DNA of 64,000 nt from a virus. The notes under the pieces were generated by a model. That model worked only from the letters and a program-made list of their open reading frames with translations, made no database searches and was not told the DNA's origin. The DNA lies in IMG/VR virus record IMGVR_UViG_3300032156_000003, positions 1 to 64,000 of that record; one strand, given 5' to 3'. A program made the position numbers and the translations under genes. Positions 9,165-18,530 of the stretch are shown here, piece after piece (the first letter of the stretch is position 1; each line of letters starts with the position of its first letter).

Positions 9165-9497
9165 TTGGAAATCATCATCAAGAAGCCCATCGGACTAGCC
9201 TCTCTTGGCGACCTCAGTCTTGACCCCAAGGCGTTGCAGCGTGCTACCTTGGGGGTGGTAAAGGCCGTCAAGGAGTCATTCGGCGATGCTGAATCGATGT
9301 CGAAAATTGATGCTGAACGGCGAGTCGAGATGGCCGTCCGTTTCATCCTGCGGTGTGTCGGAGACGGCGGCATGTCAGTGACTCGCGCCTTGACGTTTCT
9401 TCCCACGGCCTTGCCGGTCGAACTGGCGGGCCTTGAATTTCCGGTCCCGACCGGAGACGTTTTCAAAGTACCGGAGCCAAGAAGGAGCCATCAATGA
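9165..9497 (+). CDS. Hypothetical protein
   Basis: AGGGG SD, TTG start; fills the gap in the head operon. Confidence 0.55.
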   Translation: MEIIIKKPIGLASLGDLSLDPKALQRATLGVVKAVKESFGDAESMSKIDAERRVEMAVRFILRCVGDGGMSVTRALTFLPTALPVELAGLEFPVPTGDVFKVPEPRRSHQ

Positions 9498-10225
9498 AGA
9501 CCGAGAAAAAGACGATGACGCTGGCGAAGTTCACGGAGTTCGCGAAGTCCGAGACGGACGCGCTTCTCGCGAAGCCGAACGCCGACCGTGCCACGGTGCT
9601 CAAGGCCAACTTCGAAAAGGCGTCCAAGGTCGAGAAGGATGACGCGGAGTTCGAAATCGAAGTGCTCGCCGAGGAGCCGGTACCGGTGGACCTCACGGCC
9701 ATCAACACGAAGTTGGACAAGATCGACGCGGCGGTTGCGGCGTTCGCATCGGGTGTCACCGCCAAAGCGGCGTTCGATGCGGTCGTGACAAAGCAGGGTA
9801 TCGCGGTGCAACTGGCAGTCGAGTTGCTATCGGCGAAGTCCGCCGAGGGCGAGTATGACATCAGCGCGGCCGTGGTTGCTGCTTGCGATGCACTCGGCAA
9901 GTCAGAGACACCGCCAGACGCTGCGGTTGTCGCCGAAGTCGGCGAGGCGATGAAGTCGGCGTACACCATGAAGGCCGATGCCGCGAAGGTGGCCGACGAA
10001 GCCGCGAAGAAAGCGGCCGAAGAGGAAGCTGCAAAGAAGGCCAAGGAAGAGGAAGACGCGAATAAGGCCGACACGTGCGAGCAGTGCGGCGCGGCCATGG
10101 GCGGCGATGACGTTTGCCCCGAGTGCGGTTGGAAGAAGGGCACTCCGGTCGACAAGAAAGCTGCGAAGCGTTCGATGGCGGTTGGCTCGTACAAGGACCG
10201 CTACACCGGCAAGGCAGACAAGTAG
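9494..10225 (+). CDS. Ala/Lys/Glu-rich helical protein with a zinc ribbon; candidate scaffold/core protein
   Basis: Coiled-coil composition; CEQC...CPECG; C-terminus SYKDRYTGK matches the tail of 11514..12431. Confidence 0.65.
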   Translation: MKTEKKTMTLAKFTEFAKSETDALLAKPNADRATVLKANFEKASKVEKDDAEFEIEVLAEEPVPVDLTAINTKLDKIDAAVAAFASGVTAKAAFDAVVTKQGIAVQLAVELLSAKSAEGEYDISAAVVAACDALGKSETPPDAAVVAEVGEAMKSAYTMKADAAKVADEAAKKAAEEEAAKKAKEEEDANKADTCEQCGAAMGGDDVCPECGWKKGTPVDKKAAKRSMAVGSYKDRYTGKADK

Positions 10226-10228
10226 TCC

Positions 10229-10927
10229 ATGTCGCTTTCCATCTACAAAGGGCTCGACAAGGATGGCGCGGATGTCACCGTGTTGTCCGGCGACCCGCTG
10301 ACAGACGCAATCTCCAAGGCGGCGGCGGACTACACGGGCTCTCCGCTCGGTGCGCCGTGCGACGGATGCGTGCTCACGAAGGTCGCTGAAATCGACCTTG
10401 TGCCTAGCGTCAAGAGAGTTGTGTCCGAAGACCTCGTATTCATGGTTCCGAAGGCCGCACCACCTCCGAAGCCGGTTGACGATGCAGTTGCGAAGCGCGT
10501 CGTTCAGATGAACGCGGCAATGCTTGGCGTGCTTTGTAGCCGTCTCACGGTTAAGGCCGAAGAGACGGAGATGGGGCTGGCAACGGGCATCGTCATGGAG
10601 CCCGAAACCGTAGACACACAGAAGCAGAAAACGACTGCCGACGACATTGAGAAGGCCATGATTTACTGGGCCTGCAACGGTGGCTCGGTAGACCTCATGC
10701 ACTCGTTCGAAGCCATCATGGACGAGCGGGTGGACGTCGTTGAGAACTGGATTTGCCGCGCCGAGTTCTTGCTTGGCGAGTACACCGTGAAGGTGGGCAC
10801 ATGGCTGTCCACGACTAAGTGGCAGACGGACGGAAAGTATTGGGCGGCCATCAAGGACGGCACGTTCAATGCCTACAGCATCGGCGGCCTTGGGCAGACG
10901 GTACCATCCGACGGTGAGGGCCCGTAG
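10229..10927 (+). CDS. XkdF-like prohead serine protease (catalytic part)
   Basis: 'GIVMEPETVD...TADDIEKA...DLMH...VVENW...GTWL...WAAIKDGTFNAYSIGG'. Confidence 0.85.
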   Translation: MSLSIYKGLDKDGADVTVLSGDPLTDAISKAAADYTGSPLGAPCDGCVLTKVAEIDLVPSVKRVVSEDLVFMVPKAAPPPKPVDDAVAKRVVQMNAAMLGVLCSRLTVKAEETEMGLATGIVMEPETVDTQKQKTTADDIEKAMIYWACNGGSVDLMHSFEAIMDERVDVVENWICRAEFLLGEYTVKVGTWLSTTKWQTDGKYWAAIKDGTFNAYSIGGLGQTVPSDGEGP

Positions 10928-10929
10928 CG

Positions 10930-11508
10930 ATGGGATTCACCACTCTCATGTTGATGCCGACCCCGGATGAATTCGAAGACCCGTTCTTCGCAACGATGAA
11001 CAACGCGGGTGGCTACTTCGAAAGAGTAGACCAGTGGGTTCAGGCGTTGCGCGAGGATGCAGACATTCGAATCATAGAGGACGGCGCACCGTGGACTGTG
11101 AATGTCGGTACGAGTACTGTTGCATGGGGAAGCAACATCGTTCTGCGGTCGGGAACCAACGGCGGGACCGTTACCGTCAATGCGGGCTCCATCGTTTGCC
11201 CGACACCTGGCTTGATGTACGTAACGCTTGCGGCGCGTCCGCTCTCGGCTCCGGTCGTGTTGCCGATGACGTCGGCGTCCACAAAGACAGCGCTGTCGAT
11301 AAACGAAGTCGTCGTTGGAATTCGACAAGGTGCCGTGGTGATGCTGCGGGATCTGGTCGCGACGCATGTCCCGAACATCTACACATGGGCCGGGAATCCG
11401 AACCTGAACGTCACGGCGTCCAAGGTTGGTGACCAGTGCGTCGACACGGTGAACAGCCTGACCTACGTGGCCTACGCTGCGGACAACTCGCACTGGCAGA
11501 TAGGGTGA
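10930..11508 (+). CDS. Hypothetical beta-rich, probably virion protein
   Basis: Located in the head operon; Thr/Val/Gly-rich. Confidence 0.6.
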   Translation: MGFTTLMLMPTPDEFEDPFFATMNNAGGYFERVDQWVQALREDADIRIIEDGAPWTVNVGTSTVAWGSNIVLRSGTNGGTVTVNAGSIVCPTPGLMYVTLAARPLSAPVVLPMTSASTKTALSINEVVVGIRQGAVVMLRDLVATHVPNIYTWAGNPNLNVTASKVGDQCVDTVNSLTYVAYAADNSHWQIG

Positions 11509-11513
11509 CAACG

Positions 11514-12431
11514 ATGGGATGCAAGCCGAAAAAGCCGGAAGAGAAGGACGATGACGTCACGAGGTTGACGAACGTGCGTCCGTTCTACATCTCGTTGGTG
11601 GACTTCGGTGCGAACCACGGAGGTCGTGACCATCACTTCGCGCTCAAGAGCACGAGTGCAATTGCGAAGCGTGTCCCGGCGGCGGACGCCACGGACGAAG
11701 ACAAGCAGAAGGCGTTGGCCGAGCGCGCGGAATCCTACGGTATCGAGGCGCGAGAAGATGCGGCTCTGTCGTATCCGGCCGGAGACCCGACAACGGAAAC
11801 TATGTACGCCGACCCAGTCAATCTCAAGTACCCCATGGGAACCGAAGAGAACTCCGTGGACTTGGGTCGCATCCGCAACGCCCTTGCTCGATTCAAGCAG
11901 AACTTTGCGGAATACACGAAGGACGCATCTCGCGCCCGCGTGTACGCTCGCATCGTGCGCGCCGCTCTCGACAACGGCGTGGAAGTCTCATACGACGAAG
12001 CCGACCCGGTTGACGCCTTGCTTCCAGCCGACCTCAAAGCGGAGTTGCAGAAGCCGAAAGAGGAAGCCGCGAAGAACCATCTGGCGTTTCTTGCAATGCG
12101 TGCGGAACTGGCTGAATTGTCGGCGCGGATTGTAGATAAAGCAGAGACACCCCCGACACCTATACACGACCCGACACTTGACGAGATTGAGCGTCTACAT
12201 GCTACCGTAAAAGCAGCGAACGACAGCGTCGCGACTCTATCGAAAGAGAAATCGGCGCTGGTTGATACCGTGAAGAGCTTGGAGACGAAGTTGAAAATGG
12301 CACTCTCGAAAACATCTCGAATACAACGCCCGGCGACGACACTTGCCGGGATGCATCCGAATGGCGAGGCTGTCGTGGACAAAGGAACCGCCGGGCCATC
12401 ATACAAGGCCCGTTACACAGGGCGGCCATAA
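11514..12431 (+). CDS. Scaffold-like protein: protease-type 'ISLVDFGAN' strand, DUF6582-like domain, coiled coil
   Basis: 'RLTNVRPFYISLVDFGAN'; 'YADPVNLKYP...RIRNALARFKQ'; coiled coil; immediately upstream of the major capsid gene. Confidence 0.7.
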   Translation: MGCKPKKPEEKDDDVTRLTNVRPFYISLVDFGANHGGRDHHFALKSTSAIAKRVPAADATDEDKQKALAERAESYGIEAREDAALSYPAGDPTTETMYADPVNLKYPMGTEENSVDLGRIRNALARFKQNFAEYTKDASRARVYARIVRAALDNGVEVSYDEADPVDALLPADLKAELQKPKEEAAKNHLAFLAMRAELAELSARIVDKAETPPTPIHDPTLDEIERLHATVKAANDSVATLSKEKSALVDTVKSLETKLKMALSKTSRIQRPATTLAGMHPNGEAVVDKGTAGPSYKARYTGRP

Positions 12432-12449
12432 CGCCGCACGGAGGAAGAG

Positions 12450-13394
12450 ATGGCACTGTCAAACGCGGAACTCATCCAGAAGGCCGATCTGGCGCACTAT
12501 GCGCTGCGGACCGATGGCGGCGAGTTGGCCCCGACCAAGTTCAACACGTTCATTGACCGTGCGGTTGCAGCGACCGAGTTGCTTCCGCTCGCGCGGACCA
12601 TCACGCAGGGAAGCACACAGGAGTACATCCCGAAGATGAAGTTCGTCGGGCGTGTCGCGCACTACCAGCCCGTTGCTGGCAATGCGTTGTCCCTGGCGCA
12701 GCGAAGCGCCCCGGTGCTGTCCGAAGTAAAACTAGAGACGCACGAGTTTGTAGCGGAGTGCTCTCTGACCTACTCGCAACTCGAAGACAACGTCATGCGG
12801 AACAACCTGGAATCCCATCTCATAGAATACATGGGGAAGCTCATCGGGAAGGACACGCAGGACAACGTGCTCAACGGCGACACCACGTCGGCGACGTTTG
12901 ACCTCACTCCGTTCGACGGTCTGCGGACGCTCGTAACGACCAACGTCGTGGACGCGCTGTCGGCGGCCATCGACATCGACAAGTTCGAAGAGGCTCTGTC
13001 CACGCTTCCCGAGGAGTTCTTGGGACAGATGAACAAGCTCAAGTTCATGATGAGCCACACCGAGATGCGGAAGTACCGCAAGGAACTATCGTCGCGTATC
13101 GGCGCGCTCGGCGATGCTATGCTCACGAAGCTCGGCGGCGGCATGGCGCAGCTCGACGTCGACCTGCTGGCTCTCAGCGGGTGGCCGAACACGCTCGGCA
13201 TCGGCGGGAACCTGACCGACGTCATTCTGACCGACCCGGAGAACATCATCATCTCCTACTGGCGCAAGGTCATGATGGAGATGGAACAGGACAAGCGGGC
13301 TCGCCGTGTCCACTTCATCTGGTCCTATCGCGTCGGTTGCGCGATGGAAGAGGAAGAGGCGGCGGTCAAGATCGAGAACGTGCTTGTCGCGTAG
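12450..13394 (+). CDS. Major capsid protein (HK97 fold, XkdG-like)
   Basis: 314 aa; strong GGAGG SD; 'LEDNV...LESHL...NGDT...FDGL...ILTDPENII'; follows protease and scaffold. Confidence 0.88.
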   Translation: MALSNAELIQKADLAHYALRTDGGELAPTKFNTFIDRAVAATELLPLARTITQGSTQEYIPKMKFVGRVAHYQPVAGNALSLAQRSAPVLSEVKLETHEFVAECSLTYSQLEDNVMRNNLESHLIEYMGKLIGKDTQDNVLNGDTTSATFDLTPFDGLRTLVTTNVVDALSAAIDIDKFEEALSTLPEEFLGQMNKLKFMMSHTEMRKYRKELSSRIGALGDAMLTKLGGGMAQLDVDLLALSGWPNTLGIGGNLTDVILTDPENIIISYWRKVMMEMEQDKRARRVHFIWSYRVGCAMEEEEAAVKIENVLVA

Positions 13395-13483
13395 TTTGTG
13401 AGGCGGAATAGTGCCCCGCCTAGTGGCACCACCGTTCGAAGGCGAAGTGAATCACGGCGGCGTGACCGCCGATGGAGGATGAA

Positions 13484-14107
13484 ATGGCGATTGTCACGAT
13501 GGCACAGACAAACGAAGCTGGCGACGGCTCCGGTGTTTCCCTCAAGGCGCGCACGGTCCGTTGGACCGGCGATGCGGCATACCCGGACGGCGGGTCGGCA
13601 ATCACGACCATCTTGCAGACGACCTGCGAAGACGGTGGTGTGGTTCCCGTGGCCGCAGTTCCGGGAGACTGCGGAGTATATCGCCCGATCATCACCGAGA
13701 CCCCGGCGACTCTACTCACGCAGGTTGTCGCGTGGCCGGTGGCGGACCAGGACACGAACACCATCATCTACAAACTCAACGGCGCGGTCGCAGCAACGCT
13801 CACGCTGGCCGGTGCGCACACCACGCGGGCGCATCTCGCCGCGAGCATTGATGCCATCGCGGGTTTGCAGGCGTACGACGACGGCGTCCAGGTCACGGTG
13901 AAGACGGACCTCAAAGGACCAACGGCGTCCTTCCAGGTCACGGGCGGCACGGCCAACGCGGTCTACCTGTTCGACACCACGGCTGTCGTGGGTTCGACAG
14001 CGAAGTTGCTCAAGGTGATGACGGAGACCAACGTCGACGTAGGTCACGATGCTCCGTCCACGAACCTGTCCGCGACGGAGTTCAACGCGACGTTCCTCTG
14101 CGAGTAA
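13484..14107 (+). CDS. Probable head decoration protein carrying one GGTAN module
   Basis: Directly after the capsid gene; hairpin plus GGAGG leader; internal WPVADQDT...GGTANAVYLF module. Confidence 0.65.
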   Translation: MAIVTMAQTNEAGDGSGVSLKARTVRWTGDAAYPDGGSAITTILQTTCEDGGVVPVAAVPGDCGVYRPIITETPATLLTQVVAWPVADQDTNTIIYKLNGAVAATLTLAGAHTTRAHLAASIDAIAGLQAYDDGVQVTVKTDLKGPTASFQVTGGTANAVYLFDTTAVVGSTAKLLKVMTETNVDVGHDAPSTNLSATEFNATFLCE

Positions 14108-14215
14108 TCGCGATGGGACCTGGGCGACGACCGCACGGGATGTCCGATCCCCTCGGTAACGTGCGGCCGTTTGCCCCTTTACTCAGGGGATCGATCAGAA
14201 ACGGAGAGTAGAGAG

Positions 14216-14938
14216 ATGTCAGAGAAAACCAAGGTCTACGCAGTCCAGATGGTTGAGTACAACCCGCAGGTGGGGAACGTCCGCAAGGGGTTCACCATCT
14301 CGGGTGTCATGTCGTTCCGCGCTGGCATGGCGGCGAAGGGCGCGGCGTTCGTCCCGAGCCCCATCGTACCCATCAAGGAACCGGACAAGCCCATCAAGTT
14401 CGGTGACAAGACGGTGCCGCTGTTTGAGTTGCTGACCGGAAAGAACCCGGACCAGCCGGACTCGTACTACTTCAGCCAGCCGGGGAAGCCGAACCTCCCC
14501 GTGTTCCGCAAGCTGGTTGCCGAGGACATGACGGAACTGAAGACGGCCGTCGACAAGCAGGCGCAGGCGCGGGCGCAGGTCGGGCAGTCGGGCGTTCCAG
14601 CTCCCATCATGGGCGTGCGCGGGACGAACGAGCGCGTGAAGGAACCGCAGGTCAAGACGGTCGAGCAGATTCTTTCGGAAGGACGCAACGCGACTGGGGA
14701 AGATGAGCAGGTCGAGAAGAAGACAGCCGACGTGCCGTCCTTCGATTTCCGCGCCATCGTCGCGGCGGTGACAGACCGTTCGATGCCGAGCCGCATGGGA
14801 GTTGTGGAACTGGAAACCATCAAGGCGTCTCTTTCCGCGGACGACCTCACGTTCGTGCATGAGAACGGTGCGGCGAAGTTGCGCGATTGGGCGCGGCGCG
14901 AGATGGATTCGAGGGCCGCACCGACGAAGACCGAGTAA
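14216..14938 (+). CDS. Hypothetical protein
   Basis: GGAG upstream of ATG 14216; codon usage like that of the capsid gene. Confidence 0.65.
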   Translation: MSEKTKVYAVQMVEYNPQVGNVRKGFTISGVMSFRAGMAAKGAAFVPSPIVPIKEPDKPIKFGDKTVPLFELLTGKNPDQPDSYYFSQPGKPNLPVFRKLVAEDMTELKTAVDKQAQARAQVGQSGVPAPIMGVRGTNERVKEPQVKTVEQILSEGRNATGEDEQVEKKTADVPSFDFRAIVAAVTDRSMPSRMGVVELETIKASLSADDLTFVHENGAAKLRDWARREMDSRAAPTKTE

Positions 14939-14968
14939 CGCGCGGCGCGGTAGCGACGCGGCGAGGGT

Positions 14969-15811
14969 ATGATGAAGAACTACAACAGCAGCGCAGCCAT
15001 CGCCGACCGCGCGCTCGGGTTCGTTCAGACCGTCACGGGGCTTGTTCCCGTGGCCGCTCCGACCGTCGTCACGCAGGGCACGGACTGTCGGCACCTGGCA
15101 TCTGTAATCGTGCGCTTCACGGCCTCTCAGGCATCCGCGCTCAACTGCCGTGTCGAGGTCACACCGTGGCTGTGGGGACAGACGAGGACCGGCGTAGGGG
15201 CAGTTGCCGCGCTCGGGTGGACGTCGCTTTCTCCTATTCTGGTCGACTGCCTTGTTGGTGGTCCGCTCGGCCAAGTGTTCGAGGTAAATTGTGAAGCCGG
15301 GGACCGCATCTACTTGCAGATGACTGCGACCAACGCGGCTCTCGTCTCCGGAAACGCGGAACTCTTCGCGGGCATGTACCGTGTCGAGATTCAGCCGGTC
15401 AAGATGCACGGGTTCGTGGCGGACATCGTTGCGGCGATGGAGCAAGGTAAGACGCCCGATTTCGTCCAGGTCGCGGCGGTGGTCAACGGCGTCGACAACA
15501 CATACGACTACTACATTTCGCGACGGTTCGGGAATCAGTCGACGGGATTCCAGTTCGTGCTCGGCAACGGGTCTGGCGCGGTGACGGCGACCATTGCGGC
15601 GACCATGCAGGACGATGGGACGGCTCCGGCCGGATGCGTCTACCAGGACGTCACTGTTGCGCTCACGGGCGCGACACCAGTTGCGGCCCCTGGTGGAACC
15701 TACTTCAACGCGAATCTGCTCGCCGTGGCGCGGTACATTCGGGTCAGGGTCGTTGCTGCAACGGGTGGCGCGAACGACGGCGACTGGAATATCCAGTACC
15801 GTAGCGCCTAG
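14969..15811 (+). CDS. Hypothetical virion protein (beta-rich)
   Basis: Located in the head-neck region; 280 aa. Confidence 0.65.
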   Translation: MMKNYNSSAAIADRALGFVQTVTGLVPVAAPTVVTQGTDCRHLASVIVRFTASQASALNCRVEVTPWLWGQTRTGVGAVAALGWTSLSPILVDCLVGGPLGQVFEVNCEAGDRIYLQMTATNAALVSGNAELFAGMYRVEIQPVKMHGFVADIVAAMEQGKTPDFVQVAAVVNGVDNTYDYYISRRFGNQSTGFQFVLGNGSGAVTATIAATMQDDGTAPAGCVYQDVTVALTGATPVAAPGGTYFNANLLAVARYIRVRVVAATGGANDGDWNIQYRSA

Positions 15812-15814
15812 GCC

Positions 15815-16822
15815 ATGGCCGCCGTCCGCCTCACGTTCGACGTACCGAGCCCGGACGTGCTCTACGCGGCCGGGTGGACCCGTATCAAGGTCAAGCGCAG
15901 CATCGATGTCGGGTTGACGTGGACCGAGATTTCCAGGGCAACCACGCGCGTTCCGTTGCGTGACGTCGTTGAACGCTACCACTACAGCGATGCGAACGGA
16001 GCGACCACGTACCTGTACCGAGCGGTCTACTACAACCCGGTGACGCTCGCCGACAACCCGGTGCCGCTGTCTATCACGGACATTCAGTTGGACGGGTACG
16101 CGACGGTCGCCGAAATTCGCGCGGAAGGTGTGACCGTTGCGGACGCCTCGGATGCTCGCGTACAGGTGGCTCTCGATTGGGCAACGCGGTACATCGAGCG
16201 CGCGACGAAGCGAGCGTTCGGCCCACGGTTCGCCATTCAGCGGTTCGACGTGCCGCTGACATCGGACACGCTACTACTCCCCGAGCCCTTGATTGCCTTG
16301 CTGTACATGGAAGCGGGCGGTTCCGAAGTAGACCTCACGACGTTGGAGGTCTATAACCGGCACCTCCGGGGCGGCGAGATGTGCGACCTGTCCGCTCCGC
16401 AACTCAAGATTTCAGACGACTTGGATTCGGACGTCTTCTACCGCCTGTGGTACGGGACGTGCACTTTCGAGAAGGGCTCACAGGCCGCAACCATCTACGG
16501 TGTGTGGGGCTACACCGAACTGGCGCGTGGTGCCATCGGAGGCGAGACGAGTGACGGAAGCCAGGTGCCGATCGACTACGGCGTGGTGCCGCCGCTCATC
16601 AATTGGGCGTGCCGGGCGTTGGTGCTGCAACACCTTTTCCCGATGTACACGGCCGATGACTTGGCGGCGCGAGCCAACCAAATCACGTCGCTACGCACGC
16701 GCGATCAGGCGGTCACCTACTCCGACACGTCCGCTGCGGCAAGTTCCGGGTGGGCTGGAAGCGACGCTATTCAGGAAGTGCTCGCGGGGTACGGGAAGTC
16801 GATTGCGTTCGGAAGTCCGTAG
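15815..16822 (+). CDS. Head-tail adaptor (HK97 gp6 / SPP1 gp15-like) with an N-terminal extension
   Basis: 'YATVAEIRAEG...ALDWATRYIERATKRAF...WGY...VPPLINWACRALV'. Confidence 0.7.
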   Translation: MAAVRLTFDVPSPDVLYAAGWTRIKVKRSIDVGLTWTEISRATTRVPLRDVVERYHYSDANGATTYLYRAVYYNPVTLADNPVPLSITDIQLDGYATVAEIRAEGVTVADASDARVQVALDWATRYIERATKRAFGPRFAIQRFDVPLTSDTLLLPEPLIALLYMEAGGSEVDLTTLEVYNRHLRGGEMCDLSAPQLKISDDLDSDVFYRLWYGTCTFEKGSQAATIYGVWGYTELARGAIGGETSDGSQVPIDYGVVPPLINWACRALVLQHLFPMYTADDLAARANQITSLRTRDQAVTYSDTSAAASSGWAGSDAIQEVLAGYGKSIAFGSP

Positions 16823-16831
16823 GAGGAACCC

Positions 16832-17281
16832 ATGCCCAGAGAAAAAACACAGGAAGTTGTCGAGACCAGCGTGGACAACCTACTCGACAAAACATCGACT
16901 CTGAAAAAGGCAGGTCTACCTACGGCTGCGATCGTTCTCATGGTGGCGATGGGCTTCCCCGGATTTTGGGAGTTCTTCGCAAACCACTCGGGTGAAGAGG
17001 CCAAGGTCAATGCCGAGGTCGCGTATCAGTTGCTCAAGGCGCAGTCGGAAGCTCACGCAAAGCAACTTGCGGATTTCCGTGCTGAGATGAACGACCTTCG
17101 AACTGTCATCAATCAGATGTTGCTTGCACGTGCACAGGTCGGCTATGGAGCGCAGAAGATGCCTGAAATCGTATCTCCACCGAGCATCGCACCGTTGCCT
17201 GCGAACCTGGAAGCGGCGGAGTCGACTCCTATCGGTCAGGCTGCCATGGTGAGTGCTGGCATAGACCCGGACGGGATCTGA
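16832..17281 (+). CDS. Single-TM plus coiled-coil protein (holin- or inner-spanin-like candidate)
   Basis: One hydrophobic segment (AAIVLMVAMGFPGFW) followed by a coiled coil. Confidence 0.5.
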   Translation: MPREKTQEVVETSVDNLLDKTSTLKKAGLPTAAIVLMVAMGFPGFWEFFANHSGEEAKVNAEVAYQLLKAQSEAHAKQLADFRAEMNDLRTVINQMLLARAQVGYGAQKMPEIVSPPSIAPLPANLEAAESTPIGQAAMVSAGIDPDGI

Positions 17282-17294
17282 AAGGGTCATTGGG

Positions 17295-18530
17295 ATGATT
17301 CTCGTCTACACGAACCCAGCAACTATCTCTCTCCAGACAGTTGCAAAATTGGCAGATGGCTCGCGTAAAATGGATGTCGTTTCGGGCACTGTGCGAGTCT
17401 ATCACCTAAGCGCAGTCGGAGCCGTCGTGGTAGACCTGGCCTCCACGCCGCTCGTCAACGCCCAGCCCTTGTGGCGCTACGTATGGCAGCCTGCGTCACT
17501 TGCAGACGGTCAATATATTGTCGAGTTTACGCTACTCGACGCGGCGCTTACGTTCGTCTCGACAGAAGATCTCTGTGTACGCACTTCGTTGACAGCGGCT
17601 GCTGTAGATCTTATTTGGGACGAATCGTTGACTGCGGCGGCGCATAATGTGCCGAACTCGGCGGGCAGGCGTCTGCGTGCGCTCGCTGCACAAAGCATCA
17701 CTGATGGACAAACGGAAGGAGTAGCCAATAACTCGGTAACTCTGGATGCTGCGGCGAGTTTGCAAAGTCGAGTCTATAACGAAGATCTCATCGCCATAAC
17801 TGGAGGAACTGGCGCGGGGCAGACGCGCATGATCGTCGAGTACGACGGAGCAACCAAGGTGGCGATCGTGGATAGAAATTGGGATATAAATCCACCTATC
17901 GGGAGCGAGTATCAGATAGTCGCGTTCTCCGGAATTCTCCTTACGGGGCACGGGAAGGCACTGGGCGGGTCGCCTTCTTCAGTCGAACTCGCTGCGAATT
18001 CTTCTGCTGATGTTGACGTCTACAACGGTTCAATGATTGTCATCTCGACGGGAACTGGGGATGCGCAGGCGAGGCTCATCACGGCCTATGATGGAGCAAC
18101 GAAAATAGCGACTGTCACACCACCATGGACCACAGAACCTGATACGACTTCGGTGTACAAAATAATTCCAGTTGGTCGCTCCATCGTCGGGCAGGTTCAG
18201 ACGGATGCCATAAACTCCGGTTCTATAGCGGCAGGAGCGATTGGAGTGAGTGAGTCTCCGTTGCTCGCGCATCTCGACGTCGATATTTCGAACGTGGTTT
18301 CCGCAGTGACAACCTCCGAAGCGAATATCAGAGGAGGAACTGAAACACTTGAGACCATATTTAACTCGACAGAAATGATTCGCAAGGTCGTCACGAACAA
18401 GAAAGAGAAAATTCTCAATCAGTACGTCTTCTATGAAGACGACGGGATTACTCCGCTGTTCATATTCAACCTGACCGACGAGATGGGTGCGCCAACCATG
18501 ACGAACATCTTCAGGGTCATTCCGGCATGA
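17295..18530 (+). CDS. Virion protein with an internal tandem repeat
   Basis: Two copies of 'YN...I..GTG..Q.R.I..YDGATK.A.V...W...P...S.Y.I'. Confidence 0.7.
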   Translation: MILVYTNPATISLQTVAKLADGSRKMDVVSGTVRVYHLSAVGAVVVDLASTPLVNAQPLWRYVWQPASLADGQYIVEFTLLDAALTFVSTEDLCVRTSLTAAAVDLIWDESLTAAAHNVPNSAGRRLRALAAQSITDGQTEGVANNSVTLDAAASLQSRVYNEDLIAITGGTGAGQTRMIVEYDGATKVAIVDRNWDINPPIGSEYQIVAFSGILLTGHGKALGGSPSSVELAANSSADVDVYNGSMIVISTGTGDAQARLITAYDGATKIATVTPPWTTEPDTTSVYKIIPVGRSIVGQVQTDAINSGSIAAGAIGVSESPLLAHLDVDISNVVSAVTTSEANIRGGTETLETIFNSTEMIRKVVTNKKEKILNQYVFYEDDGITPLFIFNLTDEMGAPTMTNIFRVIPA

